This document shows positions 12,911-24,069 of a DNA stretch of 64,000 nt, piece by piece. The first letter of the stretch is position 1; each line of letters begins with the position of its first letter. Where the stretch lies: the NCBI RefSeq assembly GCF_004010195.1, contig NC_057719.1:72824088-72888087 (forward strand), written 5' to 3'. Made by a program: the position numbers and the translations under genes. The notes under the pieces were generated by a model. That model saw only the letters and a list, made by a program, of their open reading frames with translations, was not told the DNA's origin and searched no databases. The stretch is from Chiloscyllium plagiosum. Taxonomy: Eukaryota.

Positions 12911-13019
12911 TTCCTTCATCGTAGTGCCATTTATTCTTAAAACAGTCATTCTGAGAAAACAGGACTACTTGAACATTGACCCAAACTCCAACAATGGGTG
13001 AATAACCCCACTGCCTTTT

Positions 13020-16000
13020 TTCTGTAAATATTTTTATTGAGAAAAGGATTTTGAAATTTTTACAAAATAGTATAACAATCTTTTAATATAACAATAACAG
13101 TAAACAAACTACTACTCTACTCCACAAACAGTTTAAAAGAGAAAAAAAGAAAAACCCTACCCATACTACAATAAATAAATTTTTAAAAACGATATTCAAT
13201 CGAATTGAACCAAGGCAAATTAAACGAAATAAAGTTACAATACACAGCACAACCCCACCAAAGCTCTCCATCACTGGGAGCATCGGTTGGCATACCTGTA
13301 TTTATGCAGAATTCTTCCTCCCAGGGGCCCCTGGCCTGCCAGACATGGCCCTCATGACTACAAAAAGGCCCTGGCCACTATAGCCAACAAGTTTGTGTCC
13401 ATACAGTTCAAAAAGGGCCACCACGTCCGATTAAAAAAAGTTCTGTTTTCTGGTGTATCATACTTGTAAGGAAATCCAGGGGGATGTGCTCCATAACTAA
13501 CCTACGGTACCCTGAGAGTCCTGGGGGATTTTCCGACACCCAGCTCATCAGAATGTTCTTCCTTGCACAGTATGAAAGAATATTGAACAGTTTCTTCCCA
13601 TGAGTGTCCAAAGATTCAGCAAACCCAAGAGGAGAGACACCAGCTCTACCTTGACCTTGGTTCCCAAAACCCCTTCCAAAACACTCGTTATAGCGCACCA
13701 ATACCTACGAAGCCTGTGGCATAACCACAAGCAATGAGTAAGAGTACCAATATCCATTTTAGATTTGGGGCATATTAGGGACGCTCCTGCCTCAGTGCCG
13801 GATAAGCCCTGTGGAGTACCTTCAGTTGCATAGCCTGCGTTCTGCTCCAAATCAAAATTTTCCTTACGTTCTCCCAAAAATCCTCCCACGTCTCTGATGA
13901 GATCTGCACCCCCAATTCCTGAGTTCAGATCCCGTACAGCTGTTTAATGACCTTCAAGACACTACCTCCTTCTAATAAATGATAGAGGGCGCTGACCAAA
14001 AGAGTACCCGCAGACCGAAGTACTCTCCCCTCCAGACTTATAGTGCTTTTCTGTATAAAGTCCATAATCTGAAAATAATGAAAGAGGTCCCTCCTAGATG
14101 GCTCATATTTCTGGCTCAGCTGCTCAAAAGACATCAGGACCTTCCCCTCAAATAAATCTCCCAGACAGGAAACTCGTCTAGACTCCCAGAGCCTAAAGCC
14201 AAAATCCATTGATCCTGGCCAGAATCCTGTCATTCCTACTGTGAGAGTAAAAGGGGAAGTTTTTTTGTAAATTGCCCTCACCTTGTTGCAACCTTCTCCA
14301 TGCTTTAACCATGTTAAGAACAATTGGATTTCTGCAATAGTCCATAATAGTCCTCATCTTGCCCATAAACAACAAATTAATGAGGGGGCATTCTGCCTGG
14401 GAGGCCTCAATGTCCTGCCAAATTGACCTCCAGTCCTGGCAAGCCCAATCAGCCACATAGGAAAATAGGGAACTTAATTGATATTTCTTAAAATCTGGAA
14501 AGTCCACACCCTACCATCCCCTGTGGAAGCTGCAATTTGGCAAGCTTAATTAGAGGCCGCCTGTGACACCAGATAAAAGAGCCAAGCCAACTGTTAAGCC
14601 TCCGTAGCGCTTGCCTGGGCAGCATCAAAGGAAGCATTCACATGGTACATAATAAACGACGAAGAACATTCCTTTAAACCAGAGCTATTCTACCCAATCA
14701 AGATATCAGAAGATCCTCCCATCGCTGAAGGTCTTGTCTTATCTTCTCTAGCAACTGCACAAAATTAGTTTTATATGATTGATCGAAGGCTGGGGTGATA
14801 AAAATTCCTAAATACAGGAATCCTCCCTGTGACCACTGAAAGGGAATCGGATTCCACCCCCAAAATCAGGTACTCTTACAAGACTCTCCATAGGCATGGC
14901 CTCTGAATTCATAAAATTGATTTTATGCTCTGAGAAAGAATCAAATAAATTAATCATTTGTATTAAACGGGCCATAGATATTGTCGGGTTATTTCGGAAA
15001 AGAAGGACATCATCTGCATAAAGGGTGATCTTATGCCCTCCTGATCCTACCTTCAGGGCAATTATATTGGGGTTCCTCCGGATAGCCTCTGCCAACGGCT
15101 TAATCACTAATGTAAATAGCAGTGGTGCAAAGGGCCACCCTTGTCGGCTGCCTGTATCAATAGTAAAGTTGTCAGACCTTATACCATTAGCGAGAACAGC
15201 TGCCTTAGGGTCACTATATAACACTGCCACCCACCTGGCAAAGACCCCTCCAAGACCAAACCGTTCAAAGACATAAAAGAGTTACAGCTACTCTACCCTG
15301 CCAAATGCTTTCTCTGCATCCAGGGAGACTACCAAGCCTGGCCGGAATCGATCCCTACTGGCACACCTCGACCATATTCAGTACTCTTCTAATGTTGTTA
15401 GAAGACCTGCATCCCCGAATAAAACCTGTTAGTCCTCCTTTACAGTGGTGGGCAAGACCTTCTCCAACGTCAACCCCAGTATTTTTGACAAAATGTTGAA
15501 ATCCACGTTTAATAGCGATATGGCCCTGTACAAAGTACAATCCTCTTGAGCTTCCCCTCTCTTGAGAATAAGAGAGATATTAGCTTCTCTCAGAGAGGAT
15601 GGAGGCAGTCCTGACTGTATGAATTATTGTACATGTCCAATGGCCAGTATGTTTATAAACATTTTATAAAACTTGCTCTGAAATCCATCTGGGTCAGTAA
15701 CTTTATCACTCTGGAGCTGCGTCACTGTCTTCTAGATCCCTTGGATCGTCAGCGGGACATTCAAAAGAGACACCTGCTCCGAAGTTACACCTAGGAGGTC
15801 CAAGATCTTAAAAAAGGACTCCATCTTCACCAATCTGTCCTCGCAGCTCTCTGACCGATACAATTCAGAGTAGACTTTCCTGAATGCCATGTTAACCTTT
15901 TGGAATCGCAGGTGAGAGTACCAGCACACTCTCTGATGTGATAGATTGGGGGCACTCTTCTTTCTGGCCAGATATGCCGGACATCTATTCAGTTTATCAA

Positions 16001-18957
16001 CATACTCGAATAACCACTGTTTCGTAAAGGAGATCTCCCTCTTTGCTGTCTGGCTGAGCGCAGCATTCAGAGCACCCCTGAGGGCTGTACTCCACAGCAA
16101 CTTGGTCACAGACGGTCTGTCAAAGTATGCTGTCTCGACTGCCTTCAGCCAGGCCTCAAGCATACGCTGCTACTCTCCCCTCTGCCGCTTCTGGGTCACT
16201 GAGTAAGAAATAATTAAACTCCTTGCATAGGCCTTGGCCGTCTCTCAGAACACCAACGGGTTACTGGCCGTACCCAAATTAATATCCCAAAAAATTTTTA
16301 AATTTCTGCGAAAAATACTCAGCAGAGTTGCTATCTTTCAGGAGGAAAGGATCCAGGTGCCAATGCCGCGAGCAAGTCCCGTTACCTCCTGCCTTGACCT
16401 CCATGTACACTGTCGCATGATCAAAAATGGCTGTTCCTAATTCCACAGGACAGCACTGAATTCAAAAAGGCCGATGGAGCAATCCTAGTGTAGCACTTGT
16501 GTAGATTAGAGAAAAAGGTGAAGTACCTACCCTCAGGGTGAAGACATCTCCACACAACCACCAACCCCATCTCCCCACTCAGTCCACCTGGATTGCAGGG
16601 ATTTGCCCACAAAACCCCGGGGTCGATAAGACAGTTAAAGTCTCCCCCTATAATCGTATGGCATGCTCCAAAGGCCACCAATCTGGAAAGTGTATCCGTT
16701 AAAAATTTGAGCAGATATGCCTGGGGACAAGATACCTTCAAAATCCTGTAAGGATCACAAAACACCCATATTCGTCCTTAATTTAGATTACATTACATTA
16801 CATTACATTACATTACAGTGAGGCCCTTCAGCCCAACAAGTCCACACCGACCCACCGATGCGCAACCCACCCAGACCCCTACATTTACCCCTTACCTAAC
16901 ACTACGGGCAATGTAGCATGGCCAGTTCACCTGACCTGCACATCTTTGGACTGTGGGGGGAAACCGGAGCACCCGGAGGAAACCCATGCAGACACGGGGA
17001 GAACATGCAAACTCCACACAGTCAGTCGCCTGAGGTGGGAATTGAACCCAGATCTCAGGTGCTGTGAGGCAGCAGTGCCACCGTGCCGCCCACTCTAACA
17101 GCTGAAATTTGAGATTCTTCTGGATGAGTATAGCGACTCCTTTGCTTTTAGAATTAAAGGATGAGGAAAACACCCGGTCGAAGCCTCCCCGATGTAACTT
17201 TAAGTGCTCCTTATCAGTTAGATGTGTTTCTTGCAGCAAGGCTACATCGATTCTTTCTTTTCTAAGACTTGAAAGTATCTTCTTTCTCTTAATTGGTGAA
17301 TGACTTCCCTTAATATTTCCAGGTGCACCATTCAAACAAACTATTAGCCATAGCAATCTGAGATAGCCCGTGACCTCCGAGAGGAAGAACCCCACTCATA
17401 ATGCGCTGAGTGAAAACAGTCAACAGATCATACAAACTTGAGAATACAACTACAAAAACTGTCAAATCAAAACTTCTAACAACTACTTCTACAATAAACC
17501 AACGTATGAAACAAATAAGAGGAGACTTTCCCCCTTGCCCACATGGGGCACTCACCCCTCATTAATCCCTCCATGGCTCCTATTAGCTGAAGCCACGCCC
17601 CAAACCCAGGCAAAACAGATTTTTTAATAATTACAAGCATCTTATAACAAGAAAATTAAAAGTGGGCATTCAGCCCGTCCCATCCACACTTTGACCCAAG
17701 GCAATCCTGGTAGATAACTCCCTGCCCCTGAATCCCATATCAAGAGAGAGAAATGAAAAGGGAATTATTTAAAAAAGGATAATGGGAGGGGAGAAAGAAG
17801 GGAGAAGACAGAGAAAAAGAAAAAGGAGATCCCCACATATTAAAAGAACAAAGTCAGGTAAACCAGGCAAACTACAGAGGAAGAAACAAAGTTAACACTA
17901 TTGTCCATATTATCTAAGCCAGCCAGTCTATTTTAAGATGTCCAGGAAGTCCTTTGCCTTTTCTGATGAGTCAAAATTAAATACAGACCCTCCGTGGCTG
18001 AAACGCAACACTGCCAGATATCTTAGAGTACTGAATATTCAAGTCTGTCAGCCTCTTCTTTACCTCACCAAGGCCTTCCTTTCATGAATCATGGCCGCAG
18101 AAATGTCTTGGAAGAACATTATTCTTGATTGCTTGAAAATCAGGGCATGTGGATCCTTCCCTAGTGTTCTGGAAGCCTCCAACACCATTTGCTTATCTCT
18201 GTCATGCTGGAGCCGCACTAGGACCGGGAGAGGGCACTGCTCCAATCCGGGCCTGCGCTATGCGACCCAGTGGGCCACTCGACTCAACACCCGGCCCGTT
18301 CCAACTTCCAGCCTCAAACACTGCGGGAGTCATTGCTCCAAAAAAACTGATTAGCTGGCCTTCTTCCTCCCATTCTGGCAGCCCAATCTGGCGAATGTTC
18401 TTCCAATGGCCTCGACTTTCGAGCTTGAGGACCTGCTCCAGTCGGGCCCGTACCTGTCCTTCCAGTGCCTGGACCCGGATCCGCCAAAGATTTTGCCACG
18501 GTTTCGGAAGTCGCAGTCTGCTGCTCTACCTCCACGACACACTGCCTGAGACACTGGATCTGCTGGTCATGCTTCTGCAGCATGGCCATGATCGGTTCTA
18601 GCCTGGTCTGGGTCTGCTCCATGGCTGAATCGAGCTTCTCTTGGAGTTTCACAAACTCCGAGACTCGGCTCTGCTCCACAGGTAAGTCCCTTGGGATGTT
18701 TGTGGAGGCCGACGCTGCGGTTGTGGGCATATCCTTTGCTGTAGGGGAGTGCCCTGCTTGTTGCGATCCTCACTGTCCTTTTCCCTTGGTCATCTGCCTT
18801 AATCAACAAAACTGACACACAGCATTTCTGGAGATCTAAAACTGCCAATTTTTACCACAATAACTAAGAAAGGGAGGGTAAATGCACCACTTTGCCTGGG
18901 TTATGGAGCAGAGCTCAGCAGGGCAAACTTACTGGATCGCTGCCATCTTGGATCTCC
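13020..18957 (-). mobile_element. Full-length L1-clade LINE (decayed)
   Basis: ORF1 from ~18793; ORF2 from 17351 with LQETHL, GGDFN, LYADD and C-terminal GTLTHCLWLC; AATAAA plus A-tail. 14-bp TSD CCCCACTGCCTTTT (13006-13019, 18958-18971) at a TT/AAAA site. Confidence 0.95.
16783..17092 (-). mobile_element. HE1 SINE (V-SINE) inserted in the L1 endonuclease region
   Basis: tRNA-like head, V-domain gtggagtttgca..ttctccccgtgtctgc, (TGTAA)n tail. Confidence 0.92.
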
Positions 18958-19934
18958 CCCCACTGCCTTTTAAACACCTGATGACAGTTAAAGGCGAAGG
19001 GAGCAAATCATTCTTTAAAATTTAGGGGAGCCAAAGACAGACTGTTGCCTACGTTGGTCATCTTTCTGGTAACTTCTACAATCAAACCAGTGTCAATATG
19101 CTTTGTATTCCTTTCGACTAAACCAAGGAGGTCAAGAGTGGGACCCTGATCTTTGGCTGCCCTGGATCTTCTTATATTTTTCACAGGAAAAGATGTGTCA
19201 GATTTTCTGTGGAATATTAACACAGCATTGGTAACACCAGTTACAAGTGACAAGGTTAACCTCATTGCCGTAGAAAACGGTAGCTGTCACCTGAGGCTGG
19301 AAGGTGCATTCTGTCCTGCTGATAAAAAAGCACAGCTCACTTCAAGTTGATCAGTCTCCAAATAATGAGCTGCTGACTCTCCACTGGTCCATCTGTCTCA
19401 AAGGGGCTTGCATTTTCTAGGCCTGGCTGAACAATGAATGGAATCCATCACTTCAGGCAAGCAAGTGAAAAACATGGGAAAAAAAGACATAAACTATTCT
19501 GGTAGTAGGCTTGAATGTCAGAACCATGTGCACACAGACCGTTTGCAGCTGGATGATAACATACACAAGACAACTGTGATTGAAGTGGAACTTGGGCTGA
19601 ATACAACAAAAGCTACACTATGCGTACAAACCTCCTCTGAACTCTTCCCGATCGGATGAATATGCTTTTCTTTCAGAGATCCACTCTTGGTGAATTCAAA
19701 GAGTGAATCACTGAAAGGAAAGCAAATCCATCTGATAGGGAAGAGTTCAGAGGAGGTTTGTAGGCATAGTGTAGCTTTTGTTGTAAGGAAGTCACTAGTG
19801 TTGATGATGGAACTCAGTCCGGTTAATTCAGAATATATTCTCCCCACCCACCTCTGAACTCAAACAGCCTCATGGGTATCCATGCTCTGTTAGAGTGCTC
19901 CATGATAAAGGTGAAAGACAAGTTCTATGAGGAG

Positions 19935-21470
19935 AAAATGAGGACTGCAGATGCTGCACACCAGAGTCAAAAAGTATGGTGCTGAGAAAGTACAGCCGGT
20001 CAGGCAGCATCCAAGGAGCAGGACAGTTGCTGTTTCAAGCGTAAGCTCTTCATCAGGAACATGGATGGGGGTGCCCAAGTGGGCTGAGAGATAAATGGGA
20101 GGGGGGGGGGGTAGAGCTCGGGGGAAGGCAGCTAGAAATGCGATAGGTAGATGAAGTTGGGGTTATGGTGATAGGTTGGAATAGAGGGTGAAATGGATAG
20201 GTGGGAATGAAGATGGACAGGTAGAACAGTTCAAGAGGGTAGTGCTGAGTTAGAGGGTTGGATCTGGGATTAGGTGAGGGGAAGGGGATATGAGGAAACT
20301 GGTGAAATTGACATCGATCCCATGTGATTGGAGAGTCGCAAGGCAGAAGATGAGATGTTCTTCCTCCAGATGTAGGGTGGCAAGGATTTAGCGGTGGAGG
20401 AGACCCAGGATTTGCAAGTCCTTGGAGGAGGGGGGGAGGAGTTGAAGTGTTCGGCCATGGGGCGGTGGGGTTGATTGGTGCGCCTGTCCTGGAGATGTTC
20501 TCTGAAATGTTCCACAAGTTGGCATCATGTCTCCCCAATGTAGAGAAGACCACATCAAGAGCAATGGACACAGTAGATGAGGTGTTTGGGGGTGCAGGAA
20601 AATCTCTGCCAGATGTGGAAGGATCCTTTGGAGCCTTGGATGGAGGTGAGGGGGGAGGTGTGGGCACAAGTTTTGCACCTCTTGCCTTGATAAAGGAAGG
20701 TGCTGGGAGTGGAGGATTCAGACCAAAGGGGTAGCTATGGGCCCAAGCTATGCCTCCCTCCTCAGTCCATCTTCTGCAGCTGCACCGGCACTATTGTCCA
20801 CCTTTTCCTCTGCTACATCAGACTGTATTGGCGCCATCTCATGCTCCCACAAAGGGGTTGAACAGTTCATCAACTTCACCAACAACTTCCACCCTGACCT
20901 CAAGTTCACCTGGACCATCTCAGATACCTCCCTCCCCTTCCAGAACCTCTCCATCTCCATTTCTGGCAATCGACTCAAAATGGATATCTGCTTCAAACCC
21001 ACCAACTCCCACGCTACCTCAGCTCCACTGTCCTGTGGCCAAACACTTCAACTCCCACTTGGCCAAATACATGCAAATCCTCCAGCGCCAAATCCTAGCC
21101 ATCCACACCTTGAGGAAGATCACCTCCAACCACATGGGATCAAAGTCGATTACACCAGTTTCCTCATCTCCCCTCCCCCTATCTTATCACAGATCCAACC
21201 CTCCAAGTCGGCATCGCCCTTTTGAACTGTCCTACCTGTCCATCTTCCTTCCCATCTATCTGCTCCACCCTCCACTCCAACCTATCAGCATCACCTCCAT
21301 CTCCATCTACCTACCTATGGCTGCCTTTCCCCCAGCCCTACCCACCTCCCATTTATCTCTCAGCCCGTTTGGCTCCCCCCCCCCCCCCCCTTCCTGATGA
21401 AGGGCTTATGCTCGAAATGTTGACTCTCCTGCTCCTCGGATGCTGCCTGACGTGCTGTGCTTTTCCAGCG
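19935..21470. mobile_element. Penelope-like element with inverted (fold-back) architecture
   Basis: Minus arm ~19935-20715 (GIY-YIG region + terminal repeat); plus arm ~20716-21470 (GVAMGPSYA, DCIGA, FHPDLKFTW + terminal repeat). 15-bp TSD AAGTTCTAT(G/A)AGGAG at 19920-19934 and 21471-21485. Confidence 0.9.
21391..21424 (+). ncRNA. Minimal hammerhead ribozyme core in PLE terminal repeat (CpG-decayed)
   Basis: CTGATGA-a-gggc-ttat-gctc-GAAA-tgttga; the family consensus GAAACGTC is seen at 22828-22835. Mirror copy on minus at 20030-20058. Confidence 0.7.
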
Positions 21471-21929
21471 AAGTTCTATAAGGAGTGAGGCACTTCCAGG
21501 AGAATCCCCAAGTCAGGATATCTTTATCCAGTGGGGATTTAAGTGCAAGAATGGATGCAAGTCATAAGCCATAGCCCTGCTACCTCAGAAAGATATATGA
21601 AAACACGCAGAAACTAACTAAGCTTGATCGCTTTTTAACACCTTTCAGAACAAGCCATTTCACAATGTTGCCTGGAGATGTCCAGGATATGGTATGCTGG
21701 AGACATCCTGGTGTGCCCCAGTGGATGGAACCCTTGAAGCATTCAAAGCAGAAATGCTGCCTTTGTGCCAATATCAGATATTCTGCCGACCAAATAAAAT
21801 CCAACAGTTTCTCTACACAAAAGGCTTTCACCAGCATTCCATAATGAATACCAAAGTAAAATGCAACATACTTCAAAACACCATCTATAATACTCCACTC
21901 TCAAAATATGGGAAGCAAGATTAGAAAAG

Positions 21930-23935
21930 TGCTAATTGTACAAGACTAACATTCAAGTGCCTTGCCAATATTCCAACAATAGCACTGAAGACTTATCCCC
22001 CGGAACTAGCCACATCCATAGCTTAGCTGTTCAACACAGCTATAACACTGGCAATGTGGAAATTGTCCAGGTATGACCTGTCCACAAAAAGCAGGATAAA
22101 TCCAATCTGGCCAATTACCATTCCATCAAACATCTCTCAATCATCAACAAAATGATGGAATGTGTTGCAACAATGCTATCAAACAGCAATAACCTGCTCA
22201 CTGATACCCATTTTGTGGTTCACCAGGAGTACTTAGCTCCTGACTTTGCAACTGTGGTCCAAACATAGGCAAAAGAACTGAAGTGGGAGTGACATCAAGA
22301 CTGAATTTGATGTCACACTCGAGCAAATACTAGGTCAATGGGAATCAGGAGAAATATTCTGCTCTAGTTGGAATCATGCCAGCATACAGAAAGACGATCA
22401 TGGTTATTGAAGCCCAATTAGAGGAGGTAATGGTGTAGTGAGTTTGTCACTGGGCTATTAATCCAGAGACCCAGGTAATGTTCTGGGGATCCAGGTTCAA
22501 TCACCACTGTGACAATTTTTTTAAAAAATCTGAATTTAAGAATCCAAGGATGACCATGAATCTGTTGTTGATTGGCAAGAACTAATCCATCAGATTCACT
22601 GACATCCTTTAGGGAAGAAAATTGGGGTACTATTTCAAGTAATTCTGCCTTGAAGTCCCAGGACTGAGATAATTTTTTTAAAAAATTATTCATTCAGAGG
22701 ACGAGGGCATCACTGGTTAGGCCACATTTATTGCCCAACACTAACTGCCCTGAGGAGAAAGTGAGGACTGCAGATGCTGGAGATCAGAGCTGAAAAATGT
22801 GTTGCTGGAAAAGAAGGGCTTATGCCTGAAACGTCGATTCTCCTGCTCCTTGGACGCTGCCTGACCTGCTGTGCTTCACTAACTGCCCTGAGACCAGTTG
22901 AGTCAACCACATTGTTCCAGACCCATGGCAATGTGGTTGACTCAACTGGTCTCAGGGCAGTTAGTGTCGGCAGTAAATGCTGGCCTAACCAGTGATGCCC
23001 TCATCCTCTGGGTGAACAATTTTTTAAAAATTATATCAGTCCCAAGACTTCGAGGCAGGAATTACTTGGAACAGTACCTTAATTCCAACCACCTTTTGCT
23101 GCTTTATTAGTGACCTGTACAGCATATTATCAAAAGTGGGGGATGTTCAATGATGATTGCAGAGTATTCACTACTCCTCAGATACGAAAGCAATCTGTGT
23201 TCATATGTCACAAAGCCTGGATAAACTTCAGGCTTGAGCTTATAAGTGGCAGGTAACATTCATACAACAGGTGTCAGCCAATGGCCGTATCCAAGAGAAG
23301 ATTGAACCATCATCCCTGAACCATCACTGAAATCCCCACTATCAATTTTGTTAAGCAGAAATTGAAATGAAACAGCAATAAAAATATTCTTGTGACAAGA
23401 ATAGGTCAGTGACTTTGAATTCTATGGAAATAAATGCATTCCCTGACTCCCCATACCCTTTCCAGCACATACAAGACACAAATCAGGAGTATGATGGAAT
23501 ATATGCTTAGTTTATTTCAGTTCCAACAGTACTTGACAATGTTGTCACCATACAGGACAAAACAGACGATTTGATCAACAACACACCTCAACAATTAGTC
23601 CTCTATCACCAGTAAGCAGCAGCAACAGAGTTGTATGATGCTTAAGATGCAATGCATCTCAAGACTCCTTCAGCAGTACCGACAACCTCTACAACCTAAA
23701 AGGAGAATGTGAAAACCACCTCTGGCAAGATCGTCCAAGCCACATTATCATGACTTGGATACATAATGTTATTCCTTCATTGCCATTTCATAAAGATTCT
23801 GGAACTCTTTCAAGTGGCACTATGGTTTACCTGAACCATTTGGACTGCAGCAGTTCAAGAAGGCAACTCAGCACCTATTGAAGGGCAATAAATGCTAGGA
23901 TTAGGTAGTAATGCCCACATCCCATGAAAAAAAAA
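21930..23935 (+). mobile_element. Jockey/CR1-group LINE RT and 3' end (decayed), hosting a SINE at ~22420-23030
   Basis: KKQDKSN.ANY..I motif; tail gggcaataaatgc...gcccacatcccatgaaaaaa. Confidence 0.8.
22755..22876. mobile_element. 122-bp mini-PLE with internal inversion
   Basis: Perfect 16-bp TSD CACTAACTGCCCTGAG (22739-22754, 22877-22892); consists only of PLE terminal-repeat sequence. Confidence 0.88.
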
Positions 23936-24069
23936 TCCTTGTAATGGAACCTATCATTGAAGCCAAGCTCTTATTGATCACCAAACAGTAAGTAAGGAGA
24001 TTCTGAATGCATTGAGCCACTTGTAGTAAATTCCAATAGAAAGTTACAATATTAGCAGGACATTTAAAT

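Larger units (their letters stand above)
19400..21590 (+). mobile_element. Old RTE-clade LINE endonuclease region, interrupted by a PLE
   Basis: NVRTM, KTTVI..EL, SLK..GKSSEEV.RHSVAFVVRKSL, KDKFYEE; resumes after the PLE with a GDFNAR-like motif. Confidence 0.75.
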
